This document shows positions 1-9,344 of a stretch of 64,000 nt of DNA, in pieces. Source of the DNA: an uncultured Verrucomicrobiae bacterium. Its GTDB lineage: Bacteria; Verrucomicrobiota; Verrucomicrobiia; Chthoniobacterales; UBA10450. The stretch's first letter is position 1. Every line of letters begins with the position of its first letter. A model generated the notes under the pieces. It worked only from the letters and a program-made list of their open reading frames with translations. It did not search any database and was not told the DNA's origin. Made by a program: the position numbers and the translations under genes. The stretch is from assembly GCA_963815455.1 (NCBI GenBank), contig CAWFGO010000001.1, forward strand, positions 1,152,001 to 1,216,000, in the 5' to 3' direction.

Positions 1-15
1 GGCAGGATGCCTGTG

Positions 16-882
16 CTACGCGGATTTCTCAATCGGAGCGCCGACCTTGTTGCCCCATTCGGTCCAGGAACCATCGTAATTACGAACATTCTCAAGCCCA
101 AGCAGATACGTGAGCACAAACCAGGTGTGGCTCGAACGCTCGCCGATCCGGCAATACACAAGTGTGTCCACGCCGGGTTTGATGCCGCATTGCTCGAAAT
201 AAATTTTCGCCAGTTCCGACGCCGACTTGAATGTGGCGTCGTCGTTTGTCGCCGTCTTCCACGGGACGCTCTTTGCCCCGGGAATATGGCCGCCCCGCAG
301 CACGCCTTCCTGAGGATATTCGGGCATGTGGGTGACCTCGCCGCGGTACTCGCCGGGTGAGCGCACGTCGATCAGCGGTTTGCCGGCCTTGCTGTGTGAC
401 AGCGCTTCGTTAAAGAAAGCGCGAATCTCCTTGTCGAATCGCTTTTTCGGCACCGGATAATCCGACTGGGGATAGGTCGATTGTTCGCGCGTCATCTTCC
501 GGCCTTCTGCTTTCCATTTGTCGCGGCCGCCATTTAAGATCTTCACCTTGTCGTGTCCTTGGAGACGGAATGCCCAAAGCGCGTAACAGGCCCACCAGTT
601 TGCCTTGTCACCGTAAAAGATGCAGGTCGTATCCGGCGTGATGCCGTGCCGGCTGCAAAGCCGCGAAAATTTCTCGGGGGAAATGTAATCGCGAACGACC
701 TGGTCCTGAAGATCGGCCCGCCAATCGATGTGGACCGCACCTGGGATATGACCGGTGTCGTAGAGGAGCAAGTCTTCGTTCGACTCAACAATCCGGATCC
801 CGTCGTCATTTAGATGTTTCTCGAGCCAGTCGGTTTCCACCAACGCCTCCGGATGCGCGTATTGGGTGGGATGCATAGCCAT
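16..882 (-). CDS. Thiosulfate/3-mercaptopyruvate sulfurtransferase (tandem rhodanese, SseA/CysA family)
   Basis: GHIPGA in both domains, active-site YCRIGERS, C-terminal YDGSWTEW. Confidence 0.95.
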   Translation of the reverse strand: MAMHPTQYAHPEALVETDWLEKHLNDDGIRIVESNEDLLLYDTGHIPGAVHIDWRADLQDQVVRDYISPEKFSRLCSRHGITPDTTCIFYGDKANWWACYALWAFRLQGHDKVKILNGGRDKWKAEGRKMTREQSTYPQSDYPVPKKRFDKEIRAFFNEALSHSKAGKPLIDVRSPGEYRGEVTHMPEYPQEGVLRGGHIPGAKSVPWKTATNDDATFKSASELAKIYFEQCGIKPGVDTLVYCRIGERSSHTWFVLTYLLGLENVRNYDGSWTEWGNKVGAPIEKSA

Positions 883-947
883 GCAGAACTCTGCCGCGAC
901 GTGAAGGTTGTTGCAACCCGGTTGCGGCCGGGCTTGTCCGAAGAACT

Positions 948-1718
948 CTACGGCTTCTTGATTAAGGGCGTAAAGATGTCGATCGGGATGGGGAGAAATG
1001 TCGTGGTGTTATGCTCGCTGGATATTTCCCGCATGGTTTGAAGGAAACGCAGTTGGAGCGCGATCGGTTCCTTGCTCATCATCGCCGCGGCCTGCACCAT
1101 CTTTTCCGCGGCCTGAAATTCGCCCTCGGCGTTTACGACCTTGGCCCGCCGCTCCCTCTCCGCCTCGGCTTGCTTTGCCATCGCGCGTTTCATCGTATCC
1201 GGCAGCGCGACATCCTTGACCTCGACCGCGGTGACCTTGATTCCCCACGGGTCAGTTTGCCGATCGATAATCTCTTGCAGGGTGAGATTGATTTTTTCGC
1301 GGTGGGCCAGCAACTCGTCCAACTCGGCTTGACCGAGCACGCTGCGCAGGGTCGTTTGGGCGATCAGCGATGTGGCTTTCAGGAAATTCTCGACCTTCAC
1401 CACAGCCGCCTGGGGATCGATCACCCGAAAGTAGAGCACAGCGTCCACGCTCACCGGCACGTTATCGCGCGTCATGACTTCCTGGCGCGCTACGTCGATG
1501 GTCACGACTCGCAAATCCATTTTCACCATGCGATCGACGATCGGGATGAGAAAAATCAGGCCTGGTCCCTTTGCTCCGAGCAATTTTCCGAGCCGAAAAA
1601 TCACGCCGCGCTCGTACTCGCGCAGGACGCGGATTGCCTGCGGCAGAATGATGATTGCGAGAATAATGACCGGGACGGCCCAGCTGAATAATCTTGGCAG
1701 TGCTTCAATGAGTTCCAT
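948..1718 (-). CDS. Slipin/stomatin-like SPFH (band 7) protein
   Basis: N-terminal [33 protein letters not shown] coiled coil; downstream of nfeD. Confidence 0.95.
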   Translation of the reverse strand: MELIEALPRLFSWAVPVIILAIIILPQAIRVLREYERGVIFRLGKLLGAKGPGLIFLIPIVDRMVKMDLRVVTIDVARQEVMTRDNVPVSVDAVLYFRVIDPQAAVVKVENFLKATSLIAQTTLRSVLGQAELDELLAHREKINLTLQEIIDRQTDPWGIKVTAVEVKDVALPDTMKRAMAKQAEAERERRAKVVNAEGEFQAAEKMVQAAAMMSKEPIALQLRFLQTMREISSEHNTTTFLPIPIDIFTPLIKKP

Positions 1719-1722
1719 GGTT

Positions 1723-3006
1723 TTATGCTCCTCGGTTCTTAACTTTCAGCGTGAGTCCTTTTACCGCGACAATTTCCGCCGGCCCATCCTTTTCGATGGG
1801 CGAATCGCTCACCGCGTTCCAATACTCGCCTTCGACAAAAATCCGGCCGCCGTGCAAATCGATAGGCGTAAGAGCGGTAACCGCTCTCCCAATCAGCGAT
1901 TCCGCTCCCACCTTTACTGACAGACGCTGGGCCCGGAGACCTTTCCCTATCACGAAAATAAAGAACGCGGCCGTGACCAGTGTTGCCGGAATAATGTAAC
2001 TGAGAGACAATCGAAAGAGCGGGCCGGCGTGGTTGAAAAGCATGAGCGAGCCAATCAGGAATGAAATGATGCCACCCACCGTGAGCACGCCGTGCGTCGG
2101 CGCGAAGACGTCGAAGATGAAAAGCATGATTGCGAGCGCGATTAATACTAGCCCGGTCGTGTTCACCGGAAGGATCGCCGCCATGTAAAGGAAAAGGACC
2201 AACGCAATCGCTCCGGCAACCCCGGGCAGGATCGCGCCGGGTGTAGTCACTTCGGCAATGATTCCGTACATGGCAACGAGCATGAGAATGAACATTACTT
2301 CGGGCCGCCAAAGCCTTTGGAAAATGCGTTCGGAAGGCGACATCGTGATTTCCACTACTTCCGCGCCGGCGGTCCTGAGCGTTTTGCCGTCGACGACGCG
2401 CCCATTGATCTGCTTTAGCAGATCGGGCAGATCGCTCGCGATAAGATCGACAACCTTCAATTCGAGCGCTTTGGTGGAGCTGATCGAGGCGCTTTCTTTT
2501 ACGGCCGACTTGGCCCACTCGACATTCCGCTGCCGTTTGCCCGCGATCGCCTCCATGTAGCTAACGGAAAAATTCTCGAGCTTTTGCTTCATTGTGTCGT
2601 CGGTCTTTTCTTCGCCACCGCCGGGAAAGCCGCCGATCGAAACAGGATGGGCGGCGCCAATCGTTGTAGCCGGGGCCATAGCCGCAACGCTAGCGGCGAC
2701 GGTGATGAAACATCCCGCGCTGGTGGCTGTCGCGCCGGTCGGAGCGACATACACCACCACCGGCACCGGTGATCCGAGGAAGCTCTGGACAATTTTCTGG
2801 GTCGAATCGAGCAGCCCACCCGGCGTGTTGAGCTGAAGAACCAGACATTGCGAGCCTTGGGTGTGCGCTTGGTCGATGCTGCGGGCGATGTAGCTGGCCG
2901 TGGCCGGGCCGATAGCGCCGTCGATATTGATAAACGAAACTTTCTCCGCCGCGAAGACCGACGCACCCAACAACCACAGGGCCAAGCCTGCAAAGACAGT
3001 TTTCAT
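1723..3006 (-). CDS. nfeD: NfeD long-form membrane-bound serine protease
   Basis: Signal peptide, LNTPGG, ATSAG, IGAAHPV, TM bundle, C-terminal OB domain (GEYWNA); start moved to ATG at 3006. Confidence 0.9.
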   Translation of the reverse strand: MKTVFAGLALWLLGASVFAAEKVSFINIDGAIGPATASYIARSIDQAHTQGSQCLVLQLNTPGGLLDSTQKIVQSFLGSPVPVVVYVAPTGATATSAGCFITVAASVAAMAPATTIGAAHPVSIGGFPGGGEEKTDDTMKQKLENFSVSYMEAIAGKRQRNVEWAKSAVKESASISSTKALELKVVDLIASDLPDLLKQINGRVVDGKTLRTAGAEVVEITMSPSERIFQRLWRPEVMFILMLVAMYGIIAEVTTPGAILPGVAGAIALVLFLYMAAILPVNTTGLVLIALAIMLFIFDVFAPTHGVLTVGGIISFLIGSLMLFNHAGPLFRLSLSYIIPATLVTAAFFIFVIGKGLRAQRLSVKVGAESLIGRAVTALTPIDLHGGRIFVEGEYWNAVSDSPIEKDGPAEIVAVKGLTLKVKNRGA

Positions 3007-3100
3007 CCCAATGCGACTAAGTTCGTCCCGGTCGTCTGTTGAAACAAGCGCAACCACGCGGCCGCCTGGAGCGCTGCTCTTCAGCTGATACAGCGCCGGG

Positions 3101-3116
3101 GGGAACGGCTTCTGCT
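3101..3116 (+). promoter_or_regulatory. Putative sigma54 -24/-12 promoter
   Basis: GGGAACGGCTTCTGCT with GG-N10-GC spacing; predicted +1 about 2 nt before the ATG at 3129. Confidence 0.4.
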
Positions 3117-3128
3117 TTGGCACCCACC

Positions 3129-3923
3129 ATGAAGTATCACGTTAGCCTCCTTGGCGCGTTCGCCTTCTCTTGCCTGTCCATCGTTCAACCCGCCCAAGCA
3201 ACCGTGGTACCGTGGGGCTCTCTTACTTGGACTCCTGGTTCGCTCAGCAATTCCTACGATGTCGATCCTGGCAGTGCCGGTAATGACGTGACCGTGACGG
3301 CAACCGGCGATACCGGCCAGTTCGTGCAAGCCTTGGGTAGTGGTCAGCAAACGCCGGCCATTACGTCGGATCTTACCGGTGGCTTCAGTCCGGTTCATCC
3401 GTCACTTCAATTCTCGATGGACCAGACGACCAATCTGCAAAGCATCACCATAACGATAGATTTCTCGAACATGTACGCCACGGGCGTGGCCAATGTTTCC
3501 TTCAACTTGTTCGACATCGATACCCGAAACAGCGGCGGCAACACCTACCAGGATCTGATCAGCAACATCATCGGCACTTCAGCGACCGGCACTTCAATCG
3601 CTCCCACGATTACAGGTGTTGGATCCGGCGTAACCCTCAGCGGTTCGGGCCTGGCTCAGCTTCTCACCGGGAATGCGACGGTCGCGGATAATTCCTCCAA
3701 CGGCAATGCCACGATCACATTCAGCGCCACAAACATTCGCTCGGTCTCATTTACTTACGGCGGGACCCCGCTTTACCCGACTCCCACTTATCAGCACATC
3801 GCGCTCGACAATATTACTTACAGCGTCGTGCCCGAAACCAATCCGGGCTGGGTCTGCGCGGCCGGATGCGGTCTGCTTGCCTTGGGGACGTTGCGGCGCC
3901 GTCTGAGCTGGCACCGGCTGTAA
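3129..3923 (+). CDS. Secreted S/T/G/N-rich protein with PEP-CTERM-like tail
   Basis: Signal peptide; C-terminal VVPETNP + hydrophobic segment + RRR. Confidence 0.75.
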   Translation: MKYHVSLLGAFAFSCLSIVQPAQATVVPWGSLTWTPGSLSNSYDVDPGSAGNDVTVTATGDTGQFVQALGSGQQTPAITSDLTGGFSPVHPSLQFSMDQTTNLQSITITIDFSNMYATGVANVSFNLFDIDTRNSGGNTYQDLISNIIGTSATGTSIAPTITGVGSGVTLSGSGLAQLLTGNATVADNSSNGNATITFSATNIRSVSFTYGGTPLYPTPTYQHIALDNITYSVVPETNPGWVCAAGCGLLALGTLRRRLSWHRL

Positions 3924-3995
3924 GCCGCCCCAGATAGCCGAAACTCCGGCGCACCTTTACCTGGCCGCGGGCCTGCGTACCTTGGTCGCCCATCC

Positions 3996-5039
3996 ATGGC
4001 AGTAACGGAAGAACAAATTAAACAGGCGCTCAGCGGAGTGAAGTACCCGGGGTTTAGCCGGGACATTGTTTCATTCGGCCTGGTGAAGGGCGTGAGCATC
4101 GACAACGGCGATGTAAGAGTGCAACTGGCCCTGGCCACGAACGATCCAAACGTCCCCGCAACGATAAAAAACGATGCCGAAAAAGTTTTGCGCGGCATCA
4201 CAGGAGTCCAGGACGCGCGGGTCTTAATAGATATCCACGCGCCCCCGGCCGGCGCGGGTGCGGCTGGGATGGTGACAACGCGAATCCCCGGCATCAAACA
4301 CGTGATCGCAGTGGCCAGCGGCAAGGGCGGCGTCGGCAAATCGACGGTCGCGGCGAATCTGGCGGTCGCGCTTCACGAAAAAAATGCGCGGGTCGGCCTG
4401 TGCGATTGCGACATTTATGGACCGAGCATCTCGCTCATGTTTGGCATCCGGGAGCGCCCAATGGCGACGGAGGAAAACAAAATCGTTCCGATCGAGCAAT
4501 ATGGGCTGCGGCTGATGTCGATGGGTTTTCTGCTCGATGATGCGTCACCCGCGATCTTGCGCGGGCCCATGGTCACCCGTTATACCCAGCAGTTTCTGCG
4601 ACAAGTCGAGTGGGGCGAACTCGATTATCTGGTGCTCGATCTTCCGCCCGGCACCGGCGATATTCAGTTGACTATTGTCCAAACCGTCGCGCTTTCCGGG
4701 GCGGTCATCGTAACTACGCCGCAGGAAGTCGCTCTGATCGACGCGCGCAAGGCGGCCACGATGTTCGAGAAGGTCAACGTCCCGGTCCTTGGTCTCATTG
4801 AAAACATGAGCTACTTCGTCTGCCCGGGAGACGGCAAACGTTACGACATCTTCGGCAGCGGCGGCGGCGAACGCGAAGCGAAGCGGTTGCGGGTCCCGCT
4901 GCTCGGCCAAATCCCAATCGATATTCCCACTCGGGAAGCGGGCGACCGCGGGATGCCGATCGTCGGCGAAGATCGAAAATCGCCTGTGACGGCGGAGTTC
5001 CTCAAGATCGCCCAAGCGCTTCGCGAGAAGCTGGCTTGA
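3996..5039 (+). CDS. mrp: Mrp/ApbC/NBP35 Fe-S cluster carrier ATPase
   Basis: N-terminal DUF59-like domain, SGKGGVGKST, DLPPGTGD, ENMSYFVCP. Confidence 0.95.
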   Translation: MAVTEEQIKQALSGVKYPGFSRDIVSFGLVKGVSIDNGDVRVQLALATNDPNVPATIKNDAEKVLRGITGVQDARVLIDIHAPPAGAGAAGMVTTRIPGIKHVIAVASGKGGVGKSTVAANLAVALHEKNARVGLCDCDIYGPSISLMFGIRERPMATEENKIVPIEQYGLRLMSMGFLLDDASPAILRGPMVTRYTQQFLRQVEWGELDYLVLDLPPGTGDIQLTIVQTVALSGAVIVTTPQEVALIDARKAATMFEKVNVPVLGLIENMSYFVCPGDGKRYDIFGSGGGEREAKRLRVPLLGQIPIDIPTREAGDRGMPIVGEDRKSPVTAEFLKIAQALREKLA

Positions 5040-5050
5040 TACAGACCGCT

Positions 5051-5122
5051 GCGGCGTGCGCTGTCCTCAGCGCATCGGCGGAGGGGCACCGCAGGGAATC
5101 CGCTGAGGACAGCGGACGCTAC
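5051..5122. repeat. Inverted REP-like doublet (GTAG-tagged)
   Basis: GCGCTGTCCTCAGCGC ... CCGCTGAGGACAGCGGACGCTAC. Confidence 0.7.
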
Positions 5123-5252
5123 ATCCTGGCATTCATCGATAACATGCTGGACGAATGGTAATTGGCCGCAGATCGATACATCCATTTAGATAGGTATGGC
5201 CGATGCTTCGTCAAAAGAGGTGGATACTTTTGATTGACCAATTCTCGTTTTT

Positions 5253-5498
5253 ATGGAAAAGAATTCCTCCATGCCTCCTACTCAAGAGGAGAAGTCCCAG
5301 TTCGTTAAGAACTCGGTGCTTTACAAACAGTTTCTGGCGGAGCGCGAGGAGATCCTGAAGCACAAATGGATCGAGAGCGAAAAGGCCGGTAAAGACATCG
5401 GCTTTGAAAAGGCTTTGCTCGACTGGATCGTGAAACATCGCTCCAGTTGGCGAGACCGGCGAATCAAGGAGGCGCGCACCGAAAAAGCCGCCTCCTAA
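5253..5498 (+). CDS. Small conserved hypothetical protein (DUF4032-like)
   Basis: EREEILKHKWIESEKAGKDIGFEKALLDW motif; start could be 5271. Confidence 0.7.
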   Translation: MEKNSSMPPTQEEKSQFVKNSVLYKQFLAEREEILKHKWIESEKAGKDIGFEKALLDWIVKHRSSWRDRRIKEARTEKAAS

Positions 5499-5505
5499 AT
5501 TTTTT

Positions 5506-5542
5506 GTTCCTTTAACGCGATCCGGTGAGATCGCCAAGGAGC
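5506..5542 (+). promoter_or_regulatory. PyrR-binding RNA stem-loop overlapping the pyrR SD
   Basis: GTTCCTTTAACGCGATCCGGTGAGATCGCCAAGGAGC follows the CUUUAA..UCCNGNGAG..AAGG PyrR loop architecture. Confidence 0.8.
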
Positions 5543-5545
5543 TCA

Positions 5546-6133
5546 ATGAAAGACCGACCAGAAAACTCTGCCTCGTCACGCCGTAACCTGGCGAAGGAGG
5601 ACGCCGTGCCGATCATGGACGCGGCCGCCATTCAACGCGCCCTGCGCCGCGTCGCGCACGAAATTGTCGAGCGCAACCCCGACTTGCGTTCGGTGGTGCT
5701 TGCGGGAATTCCGTCTCGGGGCATTGAGATCGCGCAACGCATCGCCGAATTCATCCACGGGATCGAGAAGATCGACATCGACACCGGCGTAATCGATGTG
5801 GCCATGCACCGCGATGACGTTGGCACCCGATCGGAATTGCCGATTGTGCGTGAATCGAAGCTGCCGCTGCCACTCGAAGGCCGCACCCTGATCATTGTCG
5901 ATGATGTCCTTTTCACCGGCCGGACTGTGCGCGCGGCCATGGACGCGATTAGCTCGTTCGGCCGGCCCGCCCGGATTCAGCTGGCCGTGTTAATCGATCG
6001 CGGTCATCGCGAGCTACCCATCCGCGCCGATTACGTCGGAAAAAATCTACCCACCAGCGCAAACGAGAAAATTCGCGTCCGCCTCGAGCAAACCGACAAC
6101 GCACCGGACACAGTGCATTTGGAGAAGGAATGA
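5546..6133 (+). CDS. pyrR: PyrR pyrimidine regulator / UPRTase
   Basis: IIVDDVLFTGRTVRAA, DRGHRELPIRADYVGKN; AAGGAG before ATG 5546. Confidence 0.95.
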   Translation: MKDRPENSASSRRNLAKEDAVPIMDAAAIQRALRRVAHEIVERNPDLRSVVLAGIPSRGIEIAQRIAEFIHGIEKIDIDTGVIDVAMHRDDVGTRSELPIVRESKLPLPLEGRTLIIVDDVLFTGRTVRAAMDAISSFGRPARIQLAVLIDRGHRELPIRADYVGKNLPTSANEKIRVRLEQTDNAPDTVHLEKE

Positions 6134-6150
6134 ACGCAATGATGCAATTT

Positions 6151-6286
6151 CTGGGGAGGGCAGGCTGCCAGCCTGCAGCGTTTGGCAGCCTGCCGAACGC
6201 ATCCGCGTGCGATTTATCGTCAATTAAGATCCCAGGTTGGCGGCAAGCTGCCGCCAACTACAGGCTAGCAGCCTGTGCTCCCCAGA
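6151..6286. repeat. About 135 bp REPIN/MITE-like element with terminal inverted repeats, copy 1
   Basis: CTGGGGAGGGCAGGCTGC ... GCAGCCTGTGCTCCCCAG with internal hairpins; second copy at 7241. Confidence 0.85.
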
Positions 6287-6287
6287 T

Positions 6288-7217
6288 ATGACTACCCGGT
6301 GGATACGAAAAGATCTTCTCGGGCTGCGCGAACTTTCCGCAAACGAAATCAACTTCATTCTCGAGACAGCCGACGCGTTTAAACAAGTCGGCACCCGCGA
6401 AATCAAGAAAGTTCCGGCGTTGCGCGGCAAGACTTTGGTTAACTTTTTTGTCGAACCAAGTACGCGGACGCGCATTTCTTTCGAACTGGCGGCGCTGCGC
6501 CTGAGCGCGGACGTCATCAATATCTCGGCGGCCACTTCCAGTCTCACCAAGGGCGAAACGCTCAAGGACACGGCGCGAAACCTCGAGGCGCTGCACACCG
6601 ATATCCTGGTACTGCGCCACGGCTCCGCGGGCGCGCCGCAATTTCTGGCAACTCGTCTCAAGACCAGCGTGATCAACGCCGGGGACGGCGCCCACGAGCA
6701 TCCGACCCAGGCATTGCTCGATCTTTACACCATTCGGCAAAAACGAGGGAAAATCGCCGGACTGCATGTCGTTATCATCGGGGACATCCTGTTTAGCCGC
6801 GTGGCACGCTCAAACATTTTCGGGCTGCTCAAACTCGGGGCCCGCGTCACTCTGGTCGGGCCGAGCACTCTGGTACCGCGCGAATTCGAAAAACTTGGCG
6901 TCACCATTTCGCACAACATTGACGACGTCCTGCCCGGCGCCGACGTGGTGAATCTTCTGCGCATTCAGCACGAGCGGCAACGAAAGGAATATTTTCCCGG
7001 CATCGGCGAATACCGGAGCCTTTTTGGACTAACAAAAGACCGCGCGAAAGTCCTAAAGCCGGACTGCTTGATCATGCACCCCGGGCCGATCAATCGCGGC
7101 GTCGAGATCGACAGCGATGTCGCCGACGGCCCGCAAAGCGTCATTCTCGATCAGGTCACCAATGGCCTCGCCGTGCGCATGGCCGTTCTTTATTTGTGCG
7201 GAGGGATCGCCACGTGA
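6288..7217 (+). CDS. pyrB: Aspartate carbamoyltransferase catalytic subunit
   Basis: [27 protein letters not shown]. Confidence 0.97.
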   Translation: MTTRWIRKDLLGLRELSANEINFILETADAFKQVGTREIKKVPALRGKTLVNFFVEPSTRTRISFELAALRLSADVINISAATSSLTKGETLKDTARNLEALHTDILVLRHGSAGAPQFLATRLKTSVINAGDGAHEHPTQALLDLYTIRQKRGKIAGLHVVIIGDILFSRVARSNIFGLLKLGARVTLVGPSTLVPREFEKLGVTISHNIDDVLPGADVVNLLRIQHERQRKEYFPGIGEYRSLFGLTKDRAKVLKPDCLIMHPGPINRGVEIDSDVADGPQSVILDQVTNGLAVRMAVLYLCGGIAT

Positions 7218-7240
7218 GCGCGCCGCGGATCGTTCTCTCG

Positions 7241-7377
7241 CTGGGGAGCGCAGGCTGCGAGCCTGCAGCGTTTGGCAGCTTACCAAACGCATTTGGGCGC
7301 GAGCGAGCGCAGAAAAGACGAAGATGTTCGCGGCAGGCTGCCGCGAACTACAGGCTAGCAGCCTGTGCTCCCCAGAC
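7241..7377. repeat. REPIN/MITE-like element, copy 2
   Basis: Same termini and hairpins as 6151-6286, different central spacer. Confidence 0.85.
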
Positions 7378-8661
7378 ATGACGACCACGATCATTCGTAA
7401 CGGCCGCATCATCGATCCCGCGAACAAACGGGATGAAGTTGCCGATCTTGCAATTGTCGACGGGCGCATCGTCGACGTCTCTCAACTCTCAACCCTCAAC
7501 TCTCAACCCGAAGAGATTGACGCCACCAATCTCATCGTCTCCCCCGGGTTGATCGACATGCACGTGCATCTACGGGAACCGGGATTTTCACATAAGGAAA
7601 CCATTGGCTCCGGCGCGCGCGCCGCAGCAGCCGGCGGGTTTACCACGATTGTCTGCATGCCGAACACGTCGCCGGCGGCGGACAACCCGAGCACAATTGC
7701 CTGGATCAAGGATCGCGCTGCGGAAACGGCATGCGTGAATTTATTGCCGGCGGGAGCGATTTCAAAAAACCTCGCTGGCGAAGAACTGGCCCCGATCGGT
7801 GCGCTGGCGCGCTCCGGCGTGGTGGCAATCACCGACGATGGTCATTGCATCCAAAATCCGGAATTGATGCGACGCGCAGTCGAGTATGCGCGCATGGTTG
7901 GTCTGCCAGTGCTGGATCATTGCCAGGATTACAATCTCGTCGGCAACGGTGTGGTAAACGAAGGTTACTGGAGCACGCTGCTCGGTTTGCCAGGCTGGCC
8001 GGCAGCGGGCGAGGAAACAATCGTGACGCGCAACATTCTGCTGGCAGAAGCGTGCGATCATCACATTCATTGCCAGCACATCAGCGCGGCGGGCAGTGTG
8101 CGTTTGATTCGCGAGGCGAGGGCGCGTGGCGTCAAGATCAGCGGCGAAGTTTGCCCGCATCACATCGCGCTGACCGACAAAGCGATCGAAAACTTTGACG
8201 CGAATTACAAGACGAACCCGCCGTTGCGATCGCAAGCCGATGTCGATGCGATTCTCGAAGGAATCGCCGACGACACGTTGTCGATCTTATGTTCCGATCA
8301 CGCGCCCCACGCGGGCTTCGAGAAAGAAGTGGAGTTCGATGCGGCCCCATTCGGCATCGTCGGACTCGAAACCGAGCTGGGACTATTCATCGATTTGCTC
8401 GTGCACAAACATCGCAAGATCGACATCGGCCGCTTGATCGAGATGTACACCATCGAGCCGGCCAAGTTGCTAAAAATCGAGGCCGGGACGCTGTCGATTG
8501 GCGCACGGGCCGATGTCACATTGATCGATCCCGATCTGGAATGGACGGTCCGGATCGACAAGTTCGAATCAGCCTCGCGCAATTCACCCTTCGATGGGTG
8601 GAAACTAAAAGGTCGCGCGGTGCGGACAATTGTGGGCGGAGAGACGGTCTGGAAATTGTAG
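7378..8661 (+). CDS. pyrC: Dihydroorotase (type I)
   Basis: DMHVHLREPG, MPNT, NPPLR, SDHAPH. Confidence 0.96.
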   Translation: MTTTIIRNGRIIDPANKRDEVADLAIVDGRIVDVSQLSTLNSQPEEIDATNLIVSPGLIDMHVHLREPGFSHKETIGSGARAAAAGGFTTIVCMPNTSPAADNPSTIAWIKDRAAETACVNLLPAGAISKNLAGEELAPIGALARSGVVAITDDGHCIQNPELMRRAVEYARMVGLPVLDHCQDYNLVGNGVVNEGYWSTLLGLPGWPAAGEETIVTRNILLAEACDHHIHCQHISAAGSVRLIREARARGVKISGEVCPHHIALTDKAIENFDANYKTNPPLRSQADVDAILEGIADDTLSILCSDHAPHAGFEKEVEFDAAPFGIVGLETELGLFIDLLVHKHRKIDIGRLIEMYTIEPAKLLKIEAGTLSIGARADVTLIDPDLEWTVRIDKFESASRNSPFDGWKLKGRAVRTIVGGETVWKL

Positions 8662-8774
8662 CGGCGGTCTCTGACCGTCGGTCATTCTGAGCCGGAGCGT
8701 AGCGGAGTCGAAGAATCCCGAGATGATAGCTTAAAGTGTGCGCCACGGGATCCCTCGACTCCGCTCGGGATGAC
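8657..8774. repeat. GTAG REP half plus GTCA-type palindromic repeat pair
   Basis: TGTAGCGGCGGTCTCTGACCGTCG (identical at 40201-40224), then GTCATTCTGAGC..GTCGAAGAATCCC ... GGGATCCCTCGAC..CTCGGGATGAC. Confidence 0.8.
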
Positions 8775-8787
8775 GAGGCGAACGAAA

Positions 8788-9237
8788 CTACCCGGTGAAT
8801 CCGCCGTGGATATAACTTTCCAGGTGGGCGATGGCCGCGCTTTGGCAGGAAATCACGTGCTTCACCAAATCGCCGATCGAAATTACGCCAACGACTCGAT
8901 CGCCATCGAGCACCGGTAAATGGCGAATGTGTCTGTCGGTCATGAGCCGGAGACATTCATCTACGCCTTCATTCGGATGGGTCGTGAAGACATCAGTCGA
9001 CATGATCTCGGCAACGTGCGTTTCGCGTGAGCGTTTTCCTCGCAAAATCACTTTCCGCGTGTAATCGCGCTCGGAAATGATCCCAACCAATCGTTCGCCT
9101 TCCATCACCAGAAGCGCGCCGACATTCCGGCCGTCCATCATCTCGATCGCTTCGAGCACAGTCGAATCAGGCGAGATCGAAAAAACGTTGCCGTCTTTTT
9201 GATTCAAAATCCCGCCGATATGTCCGCTTACGTCCAT
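8788..9237 (-). CDS. CBS-pair protein
   Basis: VGIISERDY, IRHLPV, VISIGDLVK; start moved to 9237. Confidence 0.92.
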   Translation of the reverse strand: MDVSGHIGGILNQKDGNVFSISPDSTVLEAIEMMDGRNVGALLVMEGERLVGIISERDYTRKVILRGKRSRETHVAEIMSTDVFTTHPNEGVDECLRLMTDRHIRHLPVLDGDRVVGVISIGDLVKHVISCQSAAIAHLESYIHGGFTG

Positions 9238-9344
9238 AATTGGATTAGCCGGAAATCCAAAATAGGCCAACACCGCCGCGCGATGCAATCCAATTCTGAC
9301 GCCGGCCGCAACGGAAAATCAGCACCCTCCGCGGCGCCGCTGCC

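Noticed and set aside
6151..7377. PyrR attenuators before pyrB and pyrC
   Set aside because: No CUUUAA/UCCNGNGAG loop or U-tract, and the same family recurs at 46365, 48364 and 49007 away from pyr genes
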